Origin: an uncultured Microthrixaceae bacterium
GTDB lineage: Bacteria > Actinomycetota > Acidimicrobiia > Acidimicrobiales > VFJN01
Direction: 5' to 3'
NCBI GenBank assembly: GCA_963806205.1
Contig: CAWDXF010000004.1
Coordinates: 25,497 to 89,496, forward strand
Length of the DNA stretch: 64,000 bases
Shown here: in pieces, positions 11,353 to 23,216 of the stretch
Numbering within the stretch: the stretch's first letter is position 1
Layout: every line of letters starts with the position of its first letter
Notes under the pieces: generated by a model
What the model was told of the DNA's origin: nothing
What the model saw: only the letters and a program-made list of their open reading frames with translations
Databases searched by the model: none
Translations under genes and position numbers: made by a program

Positions 11353-12670
11353 GTGGCGATCGCTGCCCGACCCCCTGCCCGTCACCCCGCTGAGCCAGCC
11401 GATCGACGCCGTCGTGCGGCTGCCCGGGCTCCAAGAGCCTCACCAACCGGGCCCTCGCGTGCGCCGCGCTGGCCGACGGCGAGAGCGAGCTGCTCGGCGC
11501 GCTCGAGGCCGACGACACGCTGGCCATGGTCGACGGCCTGCAGGCCCTGGGCGTGGAGGTGCTGGCCCACTGGGAGGACGCCGCTCGTCGACGTGCAGGG
11601 CTGCGCCGGGCCGCCCCACGGCGCAGCTGGCCCTCGTGGACGCACGCGCTGTCGGGGACCACGAGCCGCTTCCTCCTCCCGATCGCCGCGCTCGGGCACG
11701 GGCACGACCCGCGTCGACGGCGACCACGGCCTGCGGGTGCGGCCGATGGGCGACGTCGTCGGCGGCCATCCGGGCCCTCGGCGGGCAGGCCACCGAGGTC
11801 GGCGCACCGGGGCACCTGCCGATCCAGGTGCACGGCGGCCCGTTGGCCGGCGGCACGGTGGAGCTGCCCGGGGACACGTCGAGCCAGTTCCTGTCCGGCC
11901 TGCTGCTCGCGGGCCCGGCGATGCGGACGGGGCTGCAGGTCCGGGTGACCACCGAGCTCGTGTCCCGGCCCTACGTCGACATGACGATCGCGGTGATGGC
12001 CGCGTTCGGCGCGCACGTGGGCCAGCCCGACGACCGACACGCTGGGTCGTCGAGCCCGGCGTCGTACTGGGGGACCGACTACCACATCGAGCCCGACGCC
12101 AGCGCGGCGTCCTACGCCTTCGCCGCGGCCGCGATCGTCGGCGGCTCGGTCACCGTGGAGGGCCTCGGCACCGACTCGCTGCAGGGCGACCTCGCCTTCG
12201 TGGACCTGCTCGAGCGGATGGGCGCCACCGTCGAGCGCCACCCGGACCGCACGACGGTCACGGGCACCGGTCGCCTGCAGCGGCATCGACGCCGACCTCT
12301 CGCAGCTCTCCGACGTGGCCCAGACCCTCGCCGTCGTGGCCGCGTTCGCGGACAGCCCGACCCGGGTCACCGGCATCGGCTTCATCCGCGGCAAGGAGAC
12401 CGATCGCGTGGGCAACGTGGTGGCGGAGCTGCGCCGAGCCGGGATCGACGCCGAGGAGGAGGCCGACGGCTACCTCGTGCGGCCCGGGCACGGTGCGGCC
12501 GCGCGACCATCGACTCCCACGGCGACCACCGCATGGCGATGGCGTTCGCGCTGCTCGGCCTGCGGGCCGCGAGGGATCCGCATCGCCGACCCGACCTGCG
12601 TGGCGAAGACGTTCCCGGGGTACTGGTCGATGCTCGAGCGGCTGCGGGGCGGCCGCGGGCCGCGCGGTAG
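11353..12670 (+). CDS. aroA: EPSP synthase (many indels; 3' end approximate)
   Basis: PGSKSLTNRAL, SGTTSRF, SSQFLSGLLL, PYVDMT, KETDR, DHRMAM, VAKTFP. Confidence 0.93.
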
Positions 12671-12683
12671 GGTCCCGCACGTC

Positions 12684-13330
12684 GTGAGGGTGATCGCCAT
12701 CGACGGGCCGGCCGGATCGGGCAAGTCCACCGTGGCCAGGGCGCTCGCCGGCTCGGCTCGGGCTCGGGTACCTCGACACCGGGGCGATGTACCGGGCGCG
12801 TCACCTTCGCCGCGCTGCGGCGCGGCATCGACCCCGCCGAGGCCGAGCAGGTGGCCCGGATCGTGCGCGACCTCGAGCTGATCGTCGGGCCGCGACGCGC
12901 GTGCGTGGTCGACGGCGTGGACGCCACCATCGAGATCCGCGGGCCCGAGGTCAGCCGGGCCGTGAGCATCGTGGCCGCCAACCCGGACGTGCGGGCCGAG
13001 ATGGTCCGACGCCAGCGGGAGTGGGTGGCCGAGCGCGACGGCGGCGTGCTCGAGGGCCGCGACATCGGCACGGTGGTGTTCCCCGATGCCGAGCTCAAGG
13101 TGTACCTGACCGCGGATCCCGAGGTGCGGGCCGAGCGCCGGTCGAAGGAGGTCACCGACCTCGACTACGAGACGGTGGCCGCCGACCTCGCTCGCCGCGA
13201 CGCGCTCGACCAGGGCCGCGACGTGTCGCCGCTCACCGAGGCGCCCGACGCGTTCGTCGTCGACACCACCGGCAAGGACGTCGACGAGATCATCGAGGTC
13301 ATCGCAGGGAAGGTGGGCGACGGTGGCTGA
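12684..13330 (+). CDS. cmk: Cytidylate kinase (frameshifted)
   Basis: IAIDGPAGSGKSTVA, DTGAMYR, EGRDIGTVVFPDAELKVYLTA. Confidence 0.95.
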
Positions 13331-14049
13331 GCCGCGCCCGGGCGACGACGTCGAGATCTGGACCGGCCCGCCGAGCCGGGCCAACGCGCATCGCCTACGC
13401 GCTGGTCCGCGGCCTCATCCTCGTGGTGGCCAAGCTGATCGGTCGGGTGCGGGTCGTCGGCGCGGAGAAGATGCCCGCCGAGGGCGCGTTCATCCTGGCG
13501 CCGGTGCACCGCAGCAACGTCGACTTCGCGCTGACGTCGGTCATCACCCGGCGGCACATGCGCTACATGGGCAAGGACTCGCATCTGGAAGAGTCGGCCT
13601 GCTGGGCCGGTTCGTCTCGATGCTGGGCGCCTTCCCGGTGCACCGCGGCAGCGCCGACCGTGACGCGCTGCGGGCCTGCACGGACATCGTCGAGGGTGGC
13701 AACCCGCTCGTGATGTTCCCGGAGGGCACCCGCTGCACGGGTCCGGTCGATCGAGGAGCTGTTCGACGGCACGGCCTACGTGGCCGCCAAGGCGCAGGTG
13801 CCGATCGTCGCCGATGGGCATCGGCGGCAGCGAGGACGATGATGCCGAAGGGGGCCAAGCTGCTGCGTCCCACCCGAAGCTCGTGCTGCTGGTCGGCGAC
13901 CCGATCCCGCCGCCGCGATCCGACCGAGGGCGGCCGTGTGCCCCGCAGCGCGGTGGGCAACGCTCACCGAGCGGCTGCACGGCGAGCTGCAGCGACCTCT
14001 TCGACGAGGCCCAGGTGCTCGCGGGCCGCCCCAACCCGCCACCGGCTAG
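13323..14049 (+). CDS. Lysophospholipid acyltransferase, PlsC family (frameshifted; end approximate)
   Basis: HRSNVD (HX4D), GAFPVHRG, FPEGTR. Confidence 0.88.
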
Positions 14050-14651
14050 GCGTCGCTGTCGGCGTAGCGGTCGCCGCTCTTGGGCGGGACGATCATCGCG
14101 GACGCGAAGACCTGGCGGACCTTGTCCTCGAAGTGCTCGAGGGGGAGCGTGTCGTAGTCGGGGTCGAAGCTCGTCTGGTCCCACTCGTCGGCGAAGCGGG
14201 CGGCGAGCTCGAACTCCTCGGCCGTGAGCTCCGCGCGGTGCTGCTCGCGGGCATCCGGGTCGCCGCCAAAGTGGTGGTAGTAGTGCCGGCCCTGGAAGTC
14301 CTGGTGGACGCGGATCATCGTGTGCACCTCGGGCCGCACGTACGGCTTGAGGATCGGCGGCGGCGATCTCGGGGTGGTTGGGCACGCTGATGGCCTTGCC
14401 GATGTCGTGGCACAGGCTGGCCACCACCACCTCGTCGTCGGCGCCGGCCCGCTCGGCGCGGGTCGCGGTCTGCAGGCAGTGCGTCAGCTGGTCGGTGGCG
14501 AAGCCGTCGGTGATGCGCGCCGAGGGACCGGAGCATGTCGAGCACCCGGTCCGCGACCCGGGTCTGGTTCTTCGCCGTCTCGACCCCGATGACCGCCCAC
14601 TGCTCGGCGGTCGACTCGTCCATGCTGCGAAAGCTGGTGGCAGTCGCTCAT
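14046..14651 (-). CDS. HD-domain protein, PhnZ/TmpB-like (frameshifted)
   Basis: QLTHCLQTATRA, LCHDIG, NHPEIAA, HQDFQG..YYHH, WDQ.SFDPDY. Confidence 0.75.
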
Positions 14652-14743
14652 GAGCCAAAGGGTAACCCTGACGAAACCCTCTGGGTGGCTGTCACACGAT
14701 CTCGGTACGGTCCGTGTGTACCGACGTGGGGTGGAGGGCGAGG

Positions 14744-15547
14744 ATGGGCGCAACCGCTGGGGGGACCGTGCTGGCCGCACGCGGGCTCGTGAAGGAGTAC
14801 CGCGAGGGTGACGCGGTCAACCGAGTGCTCGACGGGGTGAGCCTCGACGTGCCGGCCGGGTCCTTCGTCTCGATCATGGGCCCCTCGGGCTCGGGGAAGT
14901 CGACGCTCCTCCACCTCCTCGGTGGGCTCGACCAGCCCGACGAGGGCGAGGTCCACCTGGGGGGCCGGCCCCTGAGCGCGCTCCCGGACGACGAGCGGAC
15001 CCGGCTCCGGGGCGACGAGGTCGGGATCGTCTACCAGTTCTTCAACCTGATCCCGGTCCTCACCGCCGAGGAGAACGTGGCCCTGCCCGCCGTGATCGCG
15101 GGGCGTCCGGAGTCGGAGTACCGCCGAGCACCGGGACGAGGTCCTCGAGCTGGTCGGCCTCACCGAGCACCGGCACAAGCTGCCCTCGCAGCTGTCGGGC
15201 GGGATGCAGCAGCGGGTCGCCATCGCCCGGGCGCTCTTCATCGAGCCCTCGGTGCTGCTGGCCGACGAGCCGACCGGCAACCTCGACCACGCGACCGGCG
15301 CACAGCTCCTCAAGCTGTTCGTCGAGGCCCAGCGCACACGTGGCCAGACCATCGTCATGGTCACGCACGATCCGAGGATCGCTGCGTTCGGGGACTCCGT
15401 GGTGGGGCTGCGCGACGGTCGCCTCGCGGATCGCCTCGACCTGGGCCGCGACGCGGCGCGGGGACCGACGGGAGCGTGGCGCACGCCGACCGGACCCGCG
15501 CGGTGATGCGCTGGCTCGAGGGCACGGCGGCCGAGCCGACGCCATGA
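14744..15547 (+). CDS. ABC transporter ATP-binding protein, LolD/MacB type (frameshifted)
   Basis: GPSGSGKST, LSGGMQQRVAIAR, LLADEPTGNLD, VTHD. Confidence 0.93.
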   Translation: MGATAGGTVLAARGLVKEYREGDAVNRVLDGVSLDVPAGSFVSIMGPSGSGKSTLLHLLGGLDQPDEGEVHLGGRPLSALPDDERTRLRGDEVGIVYQFFNLIPVLTAEENVALPAVIAGRPESEYRRAPGRGPRAGRPHRAPAQAALAAVGRDAAAGRHRPGALHRALGAAGRRADRQPRPRDRRTAPQAVRRGPAHTWPDHRHGHARSEDRCVRGLRGGAARRSPRGSPRPGPRRGAGTDGSVAHADRTRAVMRWLEGTAAEPTP

Positions 15548-18084
15548 GGTCCCTCAACGCGCTGGCTCGGAGGAGCCTCGCTCGACGGAAGGCCCGGTAC
15601 GCGCTCACGGCCAGTGGGATCGCGCTGGGCGTCGCCGTGCTCTTCGGCGTGCTGGTCGCGTCCAACGCCATGACCTCCTCGCTGGACCGCATCGTGCACG
15701 AGTCCTCGGGAGACGTCGACGTCCTGGTCGGCGCACCCGGCAGCTTCGACGCGACGATGCCCGCCGCGGTGGTCGAGGAGGTGCAGGCCCTCCCCGACGT
15801 CGAACGGGTCGTGGCGCAGACGACCCTCCGCACCAGCCTCGTGACGCACGAGCGGTCCCTCGACGAGCTGGAGGCGAGCGAGGGCTCGCTGGTCAACGAC
15901 GACTTCATCCTGGTGCGGGGCACCGATCTCGCAGCCGTCGACGAGCTGGTCGGTCTGCCCCTGGCCGAGGGCAGGCTGCCGGAGCGGGGCGCCCGGGAGC
16001 TCGTGATCGCGGCCGGCGTGGGCCGTGAGTACGACGTCGACGTGGGCGACCGCGTCGAGGTGGCGACCCCGAACGGCACCGTCCCCCTGCTCGTGGTGGG
16101 TCGCCTCCGTGAGGAGGCCGCCGGCGTCGTCCCCGACGTCGCCTACACCTCGCTCGAGATGGGGCAGCACCTCCACGGTCGGGGTGATGTGCTCAACGGG
16201 GTGGAGGTCGTCCTGGCCGACGGGGTGGACCCCGAGACCTGGATCGACGACCAGCGCGACGGCATCGGCGGCGTCGCTGCTCATGCAGCCGGCCAGCGAG
16301 GCGGCGCAGGAGTTCCGGACCTTCATCACGAGCGTCAACGCCGCACTCACGCTCACCTCGGCCATCGCGCTGTTCGTCGGCGGCTTCCTGGTGTTCCTCA
16401 CGTTCTCGCTCGCCGTGGCGGAGCGGGTGCGCGACCACGGCACGCTGCGGGCACTCGGCGCGCAGCCACGGCAGGTTCGGCGGATCGTGGTCGTGGAGGC
16501 GCTGACCCTCGGCGCGATCGCGAGCATCGGCGGGCTCGTGCTGGGGTACGGGATCGCGCTCGGGGTCCTCGGGCTGAGCGAGTCGCTGTTCGACTTCGAC
16601 GCCGGGGACATCGGGCTGCCGGTCGCGCAGGCCGTGATCAGCGTCGTCGCGGCGCTCGCTGGTCTCGGCGGTGGCCGCGTGGGTGCCGGCCCGCCGCGCC
16701 GCCGCGCTCAGCCCCGTGGTGGCGATGCGCGTGTCGGCGGCCGAGCGGACCGACCGGTCCGGCCGACCCGTCCTCGCGATCGGCTTCCTCGCCCTCGGGG
16801 GCTGCTCGGGTTCGGCGAGCGGTCGACCGCGCTCCGCAGCATGGGCGTGATCGCCGTGCTCACCGGTGCGGTGCTGGCCGTGCCCCTGGTCCTCGGGCCG
16901 TTGGCGCGGGTCCTCGGACGGGCGACTCACCGGCTGGCGCCGGGGTGGGCGCCATCGCGGTCCTGCACCTCGTGAAGGAGCGGAGCCGGTCCGCGTACAC
17001 CCTGGCGCTGGTGATGGTCGTGCTCGGGATGCTCATCGCCATCGCGGCGACGAACGCCGGCCATGTCGCGGACCCTGGACGAGGTCGTGACCCGGCAGTC
17101 GGGCAGCGGCCTCCAGGTGATCGCCCCGAACGCGTTCGAGCCCGAGGTGGAGGCAGACGCTGGCGGGGATCCCCGGCGTCGGGCACGATGACGCCGCTCC
17201 GCCTCGGTCAGGCCGAGATCCTCGACGGCGACGAGTCCGAGGAGCGCCTTCCTCGCGGTGCTCGACCCGGACACCTACTTCGAGGTCGCCAGCCTGCCCT
17301 GGATCGACGGGGACGACCGCGAGCGCGCGGGGCGGCCTCGCCCGGGGCGGCGCGATCGCGCTCCCGCAGCCGGTGGCGAAGCGGTTGGACGTCGAGGTCG
17401 GCGACCGGATCGCCGTCCGCACGAGCAAGCGGCGTGCGGGACTTCGAGGTCATCGGCACCTATCGCGTTCCTCCAGGGCTTCGGCCTCGTGGCCGGCGTG
17501 GCTCGACGCCGATGCGTTCGGGGCCGGGCGGCCGAACGGCTACCTGGTCGGGCCTCGACGACGGGGCCGACCCCGACGGCGTGCGGCGGGACATCCTCGC
17601 GGAGGTCGGCTTCTCCCACGACGCGACGGTGTCCACGACCGAGCAGACCCTCGAGGACGCCCGCGCGCAGCTGCAGGGGTTCTTCGGCATCAGCTACGCG
17701 ATGCTCGGCATCGCCGGGCGTGGTCGGGGTGCTCGGCCTCGCCAACACCCTCGTCGTGTCGGTCCTCACGCGCTCGCGCGAGATCGGCATCCTGCGCACC
17801 GACCGGGGCCCGTCGTCGCCGCGTGGGCCGGCATGGTGCTCGTGGAGGCGGCCACCCTCGTGCTCGCCGCCGTGGTGCTCGGCGCTCCACTCGGCGCGGT
17901 GCTCGCCTTCGGGATCATCGACGCGCAGCGGGCGACGCTCGGGTTCACCCTCGAGTACGTCTACCCCTGGGGCCTCCTGGCGCCGCTGGCGATCATCACG
18001 CTGATCCTGGCGGCGCTCGCCGCGCTCCTCCCGGCCCGCCGAGCCGCCCGCCTCGAGATCGTCGAGACGCTGCGCTTCGATTAG
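15544..18084 (+). CDS. FtsX-like ABC permease, tandem MacB/FtsX domains (frameshifted)
   Basis: GIALGVA, ERVRDHGTLRALGA, NTLVVSVLTRSREIGILR, PARRAARL; ATGA overlap with the ATPase gene. Confidence 0.85.
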   Translation: MRSLNALARRSLARRKARYALTASGIALGVAVLFGVLVASNAMTSSLDRIVHESSGDVDVLVGAPGSFDATMPAAVVEEVQALPDVERVVAQTTLRTSLVTHERSLDELEASEGSLVNDDFILVRGTDLAAVDELVGLPLAEGRLPERGARELVIAAGVGREYDVDVGDRVEVATPNGTVPLLVVGRLREEAAGVVPDVAYTSLEMGQHLHGRGDVLNGVEVVLADGVDPETWIDDQRDGIGGVAAHAAGQRGGAGVPDLHHERQRRTHAHLGHRAVRRRLPGVPHVLARRGGAGARPRHAAGTRRAATAGSADRGRGGADPRRDREHRRARAGVRDRARGPRAERVAVRLRRRGHRAAGRAGRDQRRRGARWSRRWPRGCRPAAPPRSAPWWRCACRRPSGPTGPADPSSRSASSPSGAARVRRAVDRAPQHGRDRRAHRCGAGRAPGPRAVGAGPRTGDSPAGAGVGAIAVLHLVKERSRSAYTLALVMVVLGMLIAIAATNAGHVADPGRGRDPAVGQRPPGDRPERVRARGGGRRWRGSPASGTMTPLRLGQAEILDGDESEERLPRGARPGHLLRGRQPALDRRGRPRARGAASPGAARSRSRSRWRSGWTSRSATGSPSARASGVRDFEVIGTYRVPPGLRPRGRRGSTPMRSGPGGRTATWSGLDDGADPDGVRRDILAEVGFSHDATVSTTEQTLEDARAQLQGFFGISYAMLGIAGRGRGARPRQHPRRVGPHALARDRHPAHRPGPVVAAWAGMVLVEAATLVLAAVVLGAPLGAVLAFGIIDAQRATLGFTLEYVYPWGLLAPLAIITLILAALAALLPARRAARLEIVETLRFD

Positions 18085-19122
18085 ATCTACGGCGAGGGCG
18101 GCGAGGACGTCGCTGGCGGCGAGCTCGCGGTCGGTGAGCCCGGGGCGGTCGGGGACCGACCCGCCGCTGGCCAGCGTGGCCAGCACGTCGACGGCTACGA
18201 GCAGGTCGCGCAGCTCGCGCGGCGGCGGGAAGTACTCGTCCTCCTCGGTGATGCGCACCTCCTCCACCCCCTCGTGGGGGCGAGGCGGGCGAGCACACCC
18301 TCGACGAGCTCCTCGGGGGCCGACGCGCCGGCAGTGACGCCGACGATGCCGTGGAGGTCGTCGGGCAGCTCGTCGGGGCCGTTGACCCGCAGGCACGCGC
18401 GCCGCGCCCGGACTCGTGGGCCAGCCGCTCGAGCGCGCGGGTGTTGGACGAGTTGGCCGACCCGATCACGACCACGGCGTCGCAGCGGCTCGCGATCTCG
18501 CCGAGCGCCGACTGCCGGTTGGTGGTGGCGAAGCACAGGTCGCTCCGGCCCGGGCGCCACAGGTCGGGATACCGCTCCGCGGCGCGGTCGGCGACGTTGG
18601 CCCAGTCGCGGTGGCTGAGCGTGGTCTGGGCGAGGAGCGCGACCGGGCGTGCTCGAAGTCGGGCAGGGCGTCGACCTCGGCCACGGACTCGACGCGGTGG
18701 ATGGCGTCGGGTGCGACCGCCATCGTGCCCATCGCCTCCTCGTGGCCCTCGTGCCCGACGTAGACGATCTGGTAGCCCTTGCCGGCTCGCACCTTCACCT
18801 CGTGGTGCACCTTCGTGACGAGCGGGCACACCGCGTCGACGACGAACCCGCCGCCGGCGCGGGCGGCGGCCACCACCTCGGGCGCCGAGCCGTGGGCCGA
18901 GAGCATGATCGGGCGCCCCGGCGGCACCTCGGCCACGTCGTCCACGAACACCACGCCGAGGTCGCGGAAGCGATCGACCACGAGCTGGTTGTGGACGATC
19001 TCGTGGTAGCAGTACACGGGCGGCTCGAAGGCCCGCACCATCCACGCCAGCGCCTTGATGGCCATCTCCACGCCGGCGCAGAAGCCCCGGGGAGCGGCGA
19101 GGAGCACCTTGTCGACGGCCAT
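18081..19122 (-). CDS. ispH: 4-hydroxy-3-methylbut-2-enyl diphosphate reductase (3' end approximate)
   Basis: PRGFCAGV, HEIVHN, SAHG, DAVCPLVTKVH, LCFATTNRQ, SANSSN, GVTAGASAPE. Confidence 0.95.
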
Positions 19123-19173
19123 CGTGTCCACGCTATCGGGGTGCTCCGACAGGTGCGCCCCTATCCTCGATAG

Positions 19174-20581
19174 GTGTCCTGCCCCCCGGATCGTCGCGGT
19201 CGTGCCCGGCTCGGCCGCCGCGCGCGCCGGCCTGGCCGTGGGCGACGAGGTGCTGGCCGTCGACGGGCAGGTGCCCCGCGACGTGCTCGAGTGGCGGTTC
19301 CTGGTCGACGAGCCCGACCTCGCGCTCGAGGTGCGGCGGGGTGGGCTGGAGCTGTCGGTCGAGGTGCCGAAGCGGGCCGGCGAGCCGCTCGGGGTCGAGG
19401 TGCACTCGGCGCTGTTCGACCAGGTCCGCACCTGCGACAACCACTGCGAGTTCTGCTTCATCTACCAGCTGCCGCCCGGGCTGCGGTCGAGCCTCTACCA
19501 GAAGGACGACGACTACCGGCTGAGCTTCCTCTACGGGAACTTCACCACCCTCACCCGCTTCACCGAGGCCGACCTCGAGCGGGTCGTCACCGAGCGGCTG
19601 AGCCCGCTCAACGTGTCGATCCACGCCACCGACCCCGACGTGCGGACCGACATGCTCCGCAACCGCCGCGGCGCCACGAGCCTGCGGTGGCTGCGCGCAC
19701 TGCTCGACCACGGCATCGAGGTGCACGGGCAGGTCGTGGTGTGCCCCGGGCGCAACGACGGCGCCGTGCTCGACGACACGCTCGCGGGGGTGCTCGACCG
19801 GTACCCGGACCTGGCCTCGCTGTGCGTCGTGCCGCTCGGCGTGAGCCGGTACAACACCGAGGCGGGCATGCGCCCCCACACCGTGGCGGAGGCGGCGGCC
19901 GTCGTCGACTGCGTGGAGGACTGGCAGGAGGTGTTCCGGACCGTGCTCGGCCGCCGCCTCGTGTTCGCGTCCGACGAGTACTACCTGCTCGCGGAGCGGC
20001 CGTTCCCGCCCGCCGACGCGTACGAGGGCTTCCCGATGCACGAGGACGGCATCGGCATGGCCCGCACGTTCGAGGAGGAGCTGTTCGGGCGCGCCGAGGA
20101 GGTGCACCGGCGTCGAGGCCGGCTTCTTCGCCTGGGCCGACGCCGGCGGGCGCAGCCAGCCGACTTCGAGCCGTACCGGGGGCCGCGGGCGACGGCGGAC
20201 CAGCTCCTGCACGTGCGGCCGTCGCGTCGCGCTCCGGTGGCGATCCTCACCGGCGAGCTCGGCGCGCGGGTGCTCGACGCCGCTGGTGGCCGCGCTCGAC
20301 GTCACCGACGTGCGCGTGGTGCCCGTGGCGAACGAGTTCTTCGGCGGCACGACCTCGGTCACCGGCCTGCTGGTGGGGGAGGACCTGGCCCGCGTGCTGG
20401 CCGACCGAGCCCGAGGGCCACCGCTACCTGCTGCCCGACGTGTGCCTCTCGAACGGCCGGTTCCTGGACGGCACCCGGCCCGAGGACCTGCCCCGGCCCG
20501 TCGAGGTCGTGGCCACCGACGGCCACGCGCTGCGCCGGGCCCTGGGCCTCCCGGTCCCGGCCCCGGTCGGTGCGCCGATGA
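19174..20581 (+). CDS. PDZ + radical-SAM-like DUF512 protein (frameshifted)
   Basis: PDZ-like start, [33 protein letters not shown]...VTGLL; adjacent to der. Confidence 0.88.
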
Positions 20582-21890
20582 GCCTGCCCGTCGTGGCCAT
20601 CGTGGGCCGGCCCAACGTCGGCAAGTCGACCCTCGTGAACCGCTTCGTCGGCAAGCGGGTGGCGATCGTCGAGGAGAAGCCCGGCGTGACCCGCGACCGC
20701 AAGGAGGTCGAGGCCGACTGGCTGCGGCGTGCCGTTCCAGCTGGTCGACACGGGCGGCTGGGTGCCCGGCGGGACCGACCTCGACGCCAAGGTGAGCCGG
20801 CAGAGCGAAGCAGGCCATCCGCGGCGCCGACGCGGTGCTCGTGGTCATCGACACGGTCACGGGGGTGACCGAGGAGGACGCGCGGATCGCCGAGGTCGTG
20901 CGCAACCTGGCCGCGGGCCCGGTGCTCCTGGTCGTGAACAAGGTCGACGACGACGGGCGGGAAGGACTCATCTGGGAGGCGCTGTCGCTCGGGCTGGGCG
21001 ACCCGCACCCGGTGAGCGCGCTCCACGGCCGCGGGGCGGGGGACCTCCTCGACCGCCTCGTGGACCTGCTCCCCGCGCCCGCCGTGGTCGACGACGAGCG
21101 GCCCTTCGGAGGACGACGAGGAGCGGATCTTCTCGGTGGCGCTCGTGGGGCGGCCGAACGTCGGCAAGTCCACGCTGTTCAACCGCCTCATCGGTGAGGA
21201 CCGCGCCGTGGTGCACGACCTGCCCGGCACCACCCGCGACACGATCGACACCGTGGTGGAGACCCCCGACGGGCCGATCCGCTTCGTCGACACGGCCGGA
21301 ATGCGTCGCAAGGGCAAGATCGACGAGGGCACCGAGTACTACTCGCTCGTCCGGGCGCTCCAGGCTGTCGACACGTCCGATGTGGCCCTGCTCGTCATCG
21401 ACGCGACCGTCGGGGTGACGGCGCAGGACCAGCGCCTCGCGGAGCGCATCGACGCCGCCGGCAGCCCGGTCGTCGTGCTCCTCAACAAGTGGGAGGTGCT
21501 CGACGCCGAGCAGCGGGCCGACGTGACCTACCAGGTGGAGCGGCGGCTCCACTTCATCGGCGACGCGCCCGTGCTCAAGCTCTCGGCGCTGACCGGCAAG
21601 GGCGTGCACAAGCTGCTGCCGGCCCTGTCGATGACGATCGAGGACTACCACCGGCGGGTGCCGACCCGCCGGGTCAACGAGGTGGTGCGGTCGGCGCAGC
21701 AGGCCCAGCCCGCCCCGCACGGGGTCAAGGTGCTCTACGCCACCCAGGCGGCCGCGACCCGCCGACGTTCACGCTGTTCGCCAACCGCGAGATCCCGCCG
21801 ACCTACCTCCGCTACCTCGAGCGGCGCCTGCGCGAGGACCTCGACCTCGGCGCCACCCCCTTGAAGCTGCGGGTCCGCAAGCGCAGCTGA
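20578..21890 (+). CDS. der: Ribosome biogenesis GTPase Der (frameshifted)
   Basis: Two [11 protein letters not shown]-loops, [38 protein letters not shown]. Confidence 0.96.
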
Positions 21891-21891
21891 G

Positions 21892-21961
21892 CACCCCACG
21901 AGTTCCGGCCCGAGTTCGTCGACCCAGGGACCGACGAGATCGGGCCAGAACTCGTGGGGTG
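21892..21961. repeat. 70-nt imperfect inverted repeat (REP/MITE-like or bidirectional terminator)
   Basis: 30-bp arms with 3 mismatches and a 10-nt loop, between convergent genes. Confidence 0.75.
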
Positions 21962-21965
21962 GGGG

Positions 21966-23161
21966 TCAGCGGGCGGTGGCGGCGACCGCGGCGATGGCGG
22001 CGGCGGCCCGGTCCAGCTCGTCGTCGGTGGTCACGTAGTGCGACCGACGCGCGGACCAGGTCGGGGAGGCCGCGGTGGGGGAGGTCGAGGCGGGCGAAGG
22101 ACTGTGTGGTGACGCTCGCGTTGATGGCCTGCGCCCGCAGGCGGGCCGCCACCTCGGCCGCAGGCACGCCGGCCACCGTGAAGGTGGTGATCGCGCTGCG
22201 GCGTGCCCCCTTGTCGTGCACCTCACGCCGTCGATCGCGCGAGGCGCTCGCGCAGGCCCTCGGCCAGCGGGCCGACGCGTGCCGCGATGGCGTCGAGGCC
22301 CCAGCCCAGCGCGTGGTCGACGGCCACGCCCGAGGCCGATGCGGCCCGCGACGTCGGCCTCGAACTGCTCGAAGCGGCGCGCGTCGTCGCGCATCTCGTA
22401 GCGGTCGGGCGCCACCCAGTCGGCCCCGTGCAGGTCGAGCGTGCGGGGCCGGAGGTGGGGGAGCAGAGACCGGCGGACGTAGAGGAAGCCCGTGCCCCGG
22501 GGGCCGCGGAGGAACTTGCGCCCGGCGGCGGCGAGGACGTCGCAGCCGATGTCGTCGACGTCCACTGGAGCTGCCCGACGGACTGGCAGGCGTCGAGCAC
22601 GAGGGGCACACCGGCGGCCCGGCACAGGCGTCCCGACCTCGGCGGCCGGGTTGACCAGGCCGCTGCCGGTCGGCGCGTGCACGAGGGAGGCGAAGGCCAC
22701 GGGTCCGGTCGGCCAGCGCGGCGGCGAACGCCTCGAGGTCGACCTGGCCCGTCGGCGTCGTCCTCGACCAGCACCAGCTCGCAGCCGGTGCGCTCCCGCA
22801 GCTGCAGCAGGGTGATGGCGTTGGCGCCGTACTCGGCCCGGGTGAGCAGCACCCGGTCGCCGGCGCGAGCGGGAAGGCGTGGACGGCGGCGTTCCAGCCG
22901 GTGGTGTGGGAGTCGACCAGCGCGATCTCGTCCGGCGCGGCGCCGATGAGGGCTGCGACCGCGTCGTAGGTGCGCTCGAGTCGGTCCCGGCGCCGCGTCG
23001 GCCGCCTCGTAGCCCCCGATCTCGGCCTCGAGCCGGAGGTGGTCGACCACCGCGTCCAGCACGGGCTGGGGGAGCAGCGACGCGCCCGCGTGGTTGAGGT
23101 GCAGCACCCGCTCGCAGCCCGGCGTGAGGGCACGCGCCCGGGCGACATCGAGCTCCGGCAC
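21966..23161 (-). CDS. Class V PLP-dependent enzyme, EgtE/cysteine desulfurase-like (frameshifted)
   Basis: HLNHAGASL, EIGGYEAA, LDACQSVGQ, GRKFLRGPRGTGFL, HYVTTDDEL. Confidence 0.85.
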
Positions 23162-23216
23162 GCCCGGAGCGTACCGGGAGGGTGCAGCGATCTGACGCTG
23201 TGTCAGAATCGCCGCC

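Noticed and set aside
12315-12881. Apparent AroA-Cmk fusion
   Set aside because: The in-frame read-through lies in an indel-rich area. TAG at 12668 doubles as a -10 before the cmk GTG, so separate genes are more likely; raw reads are needed to decide.
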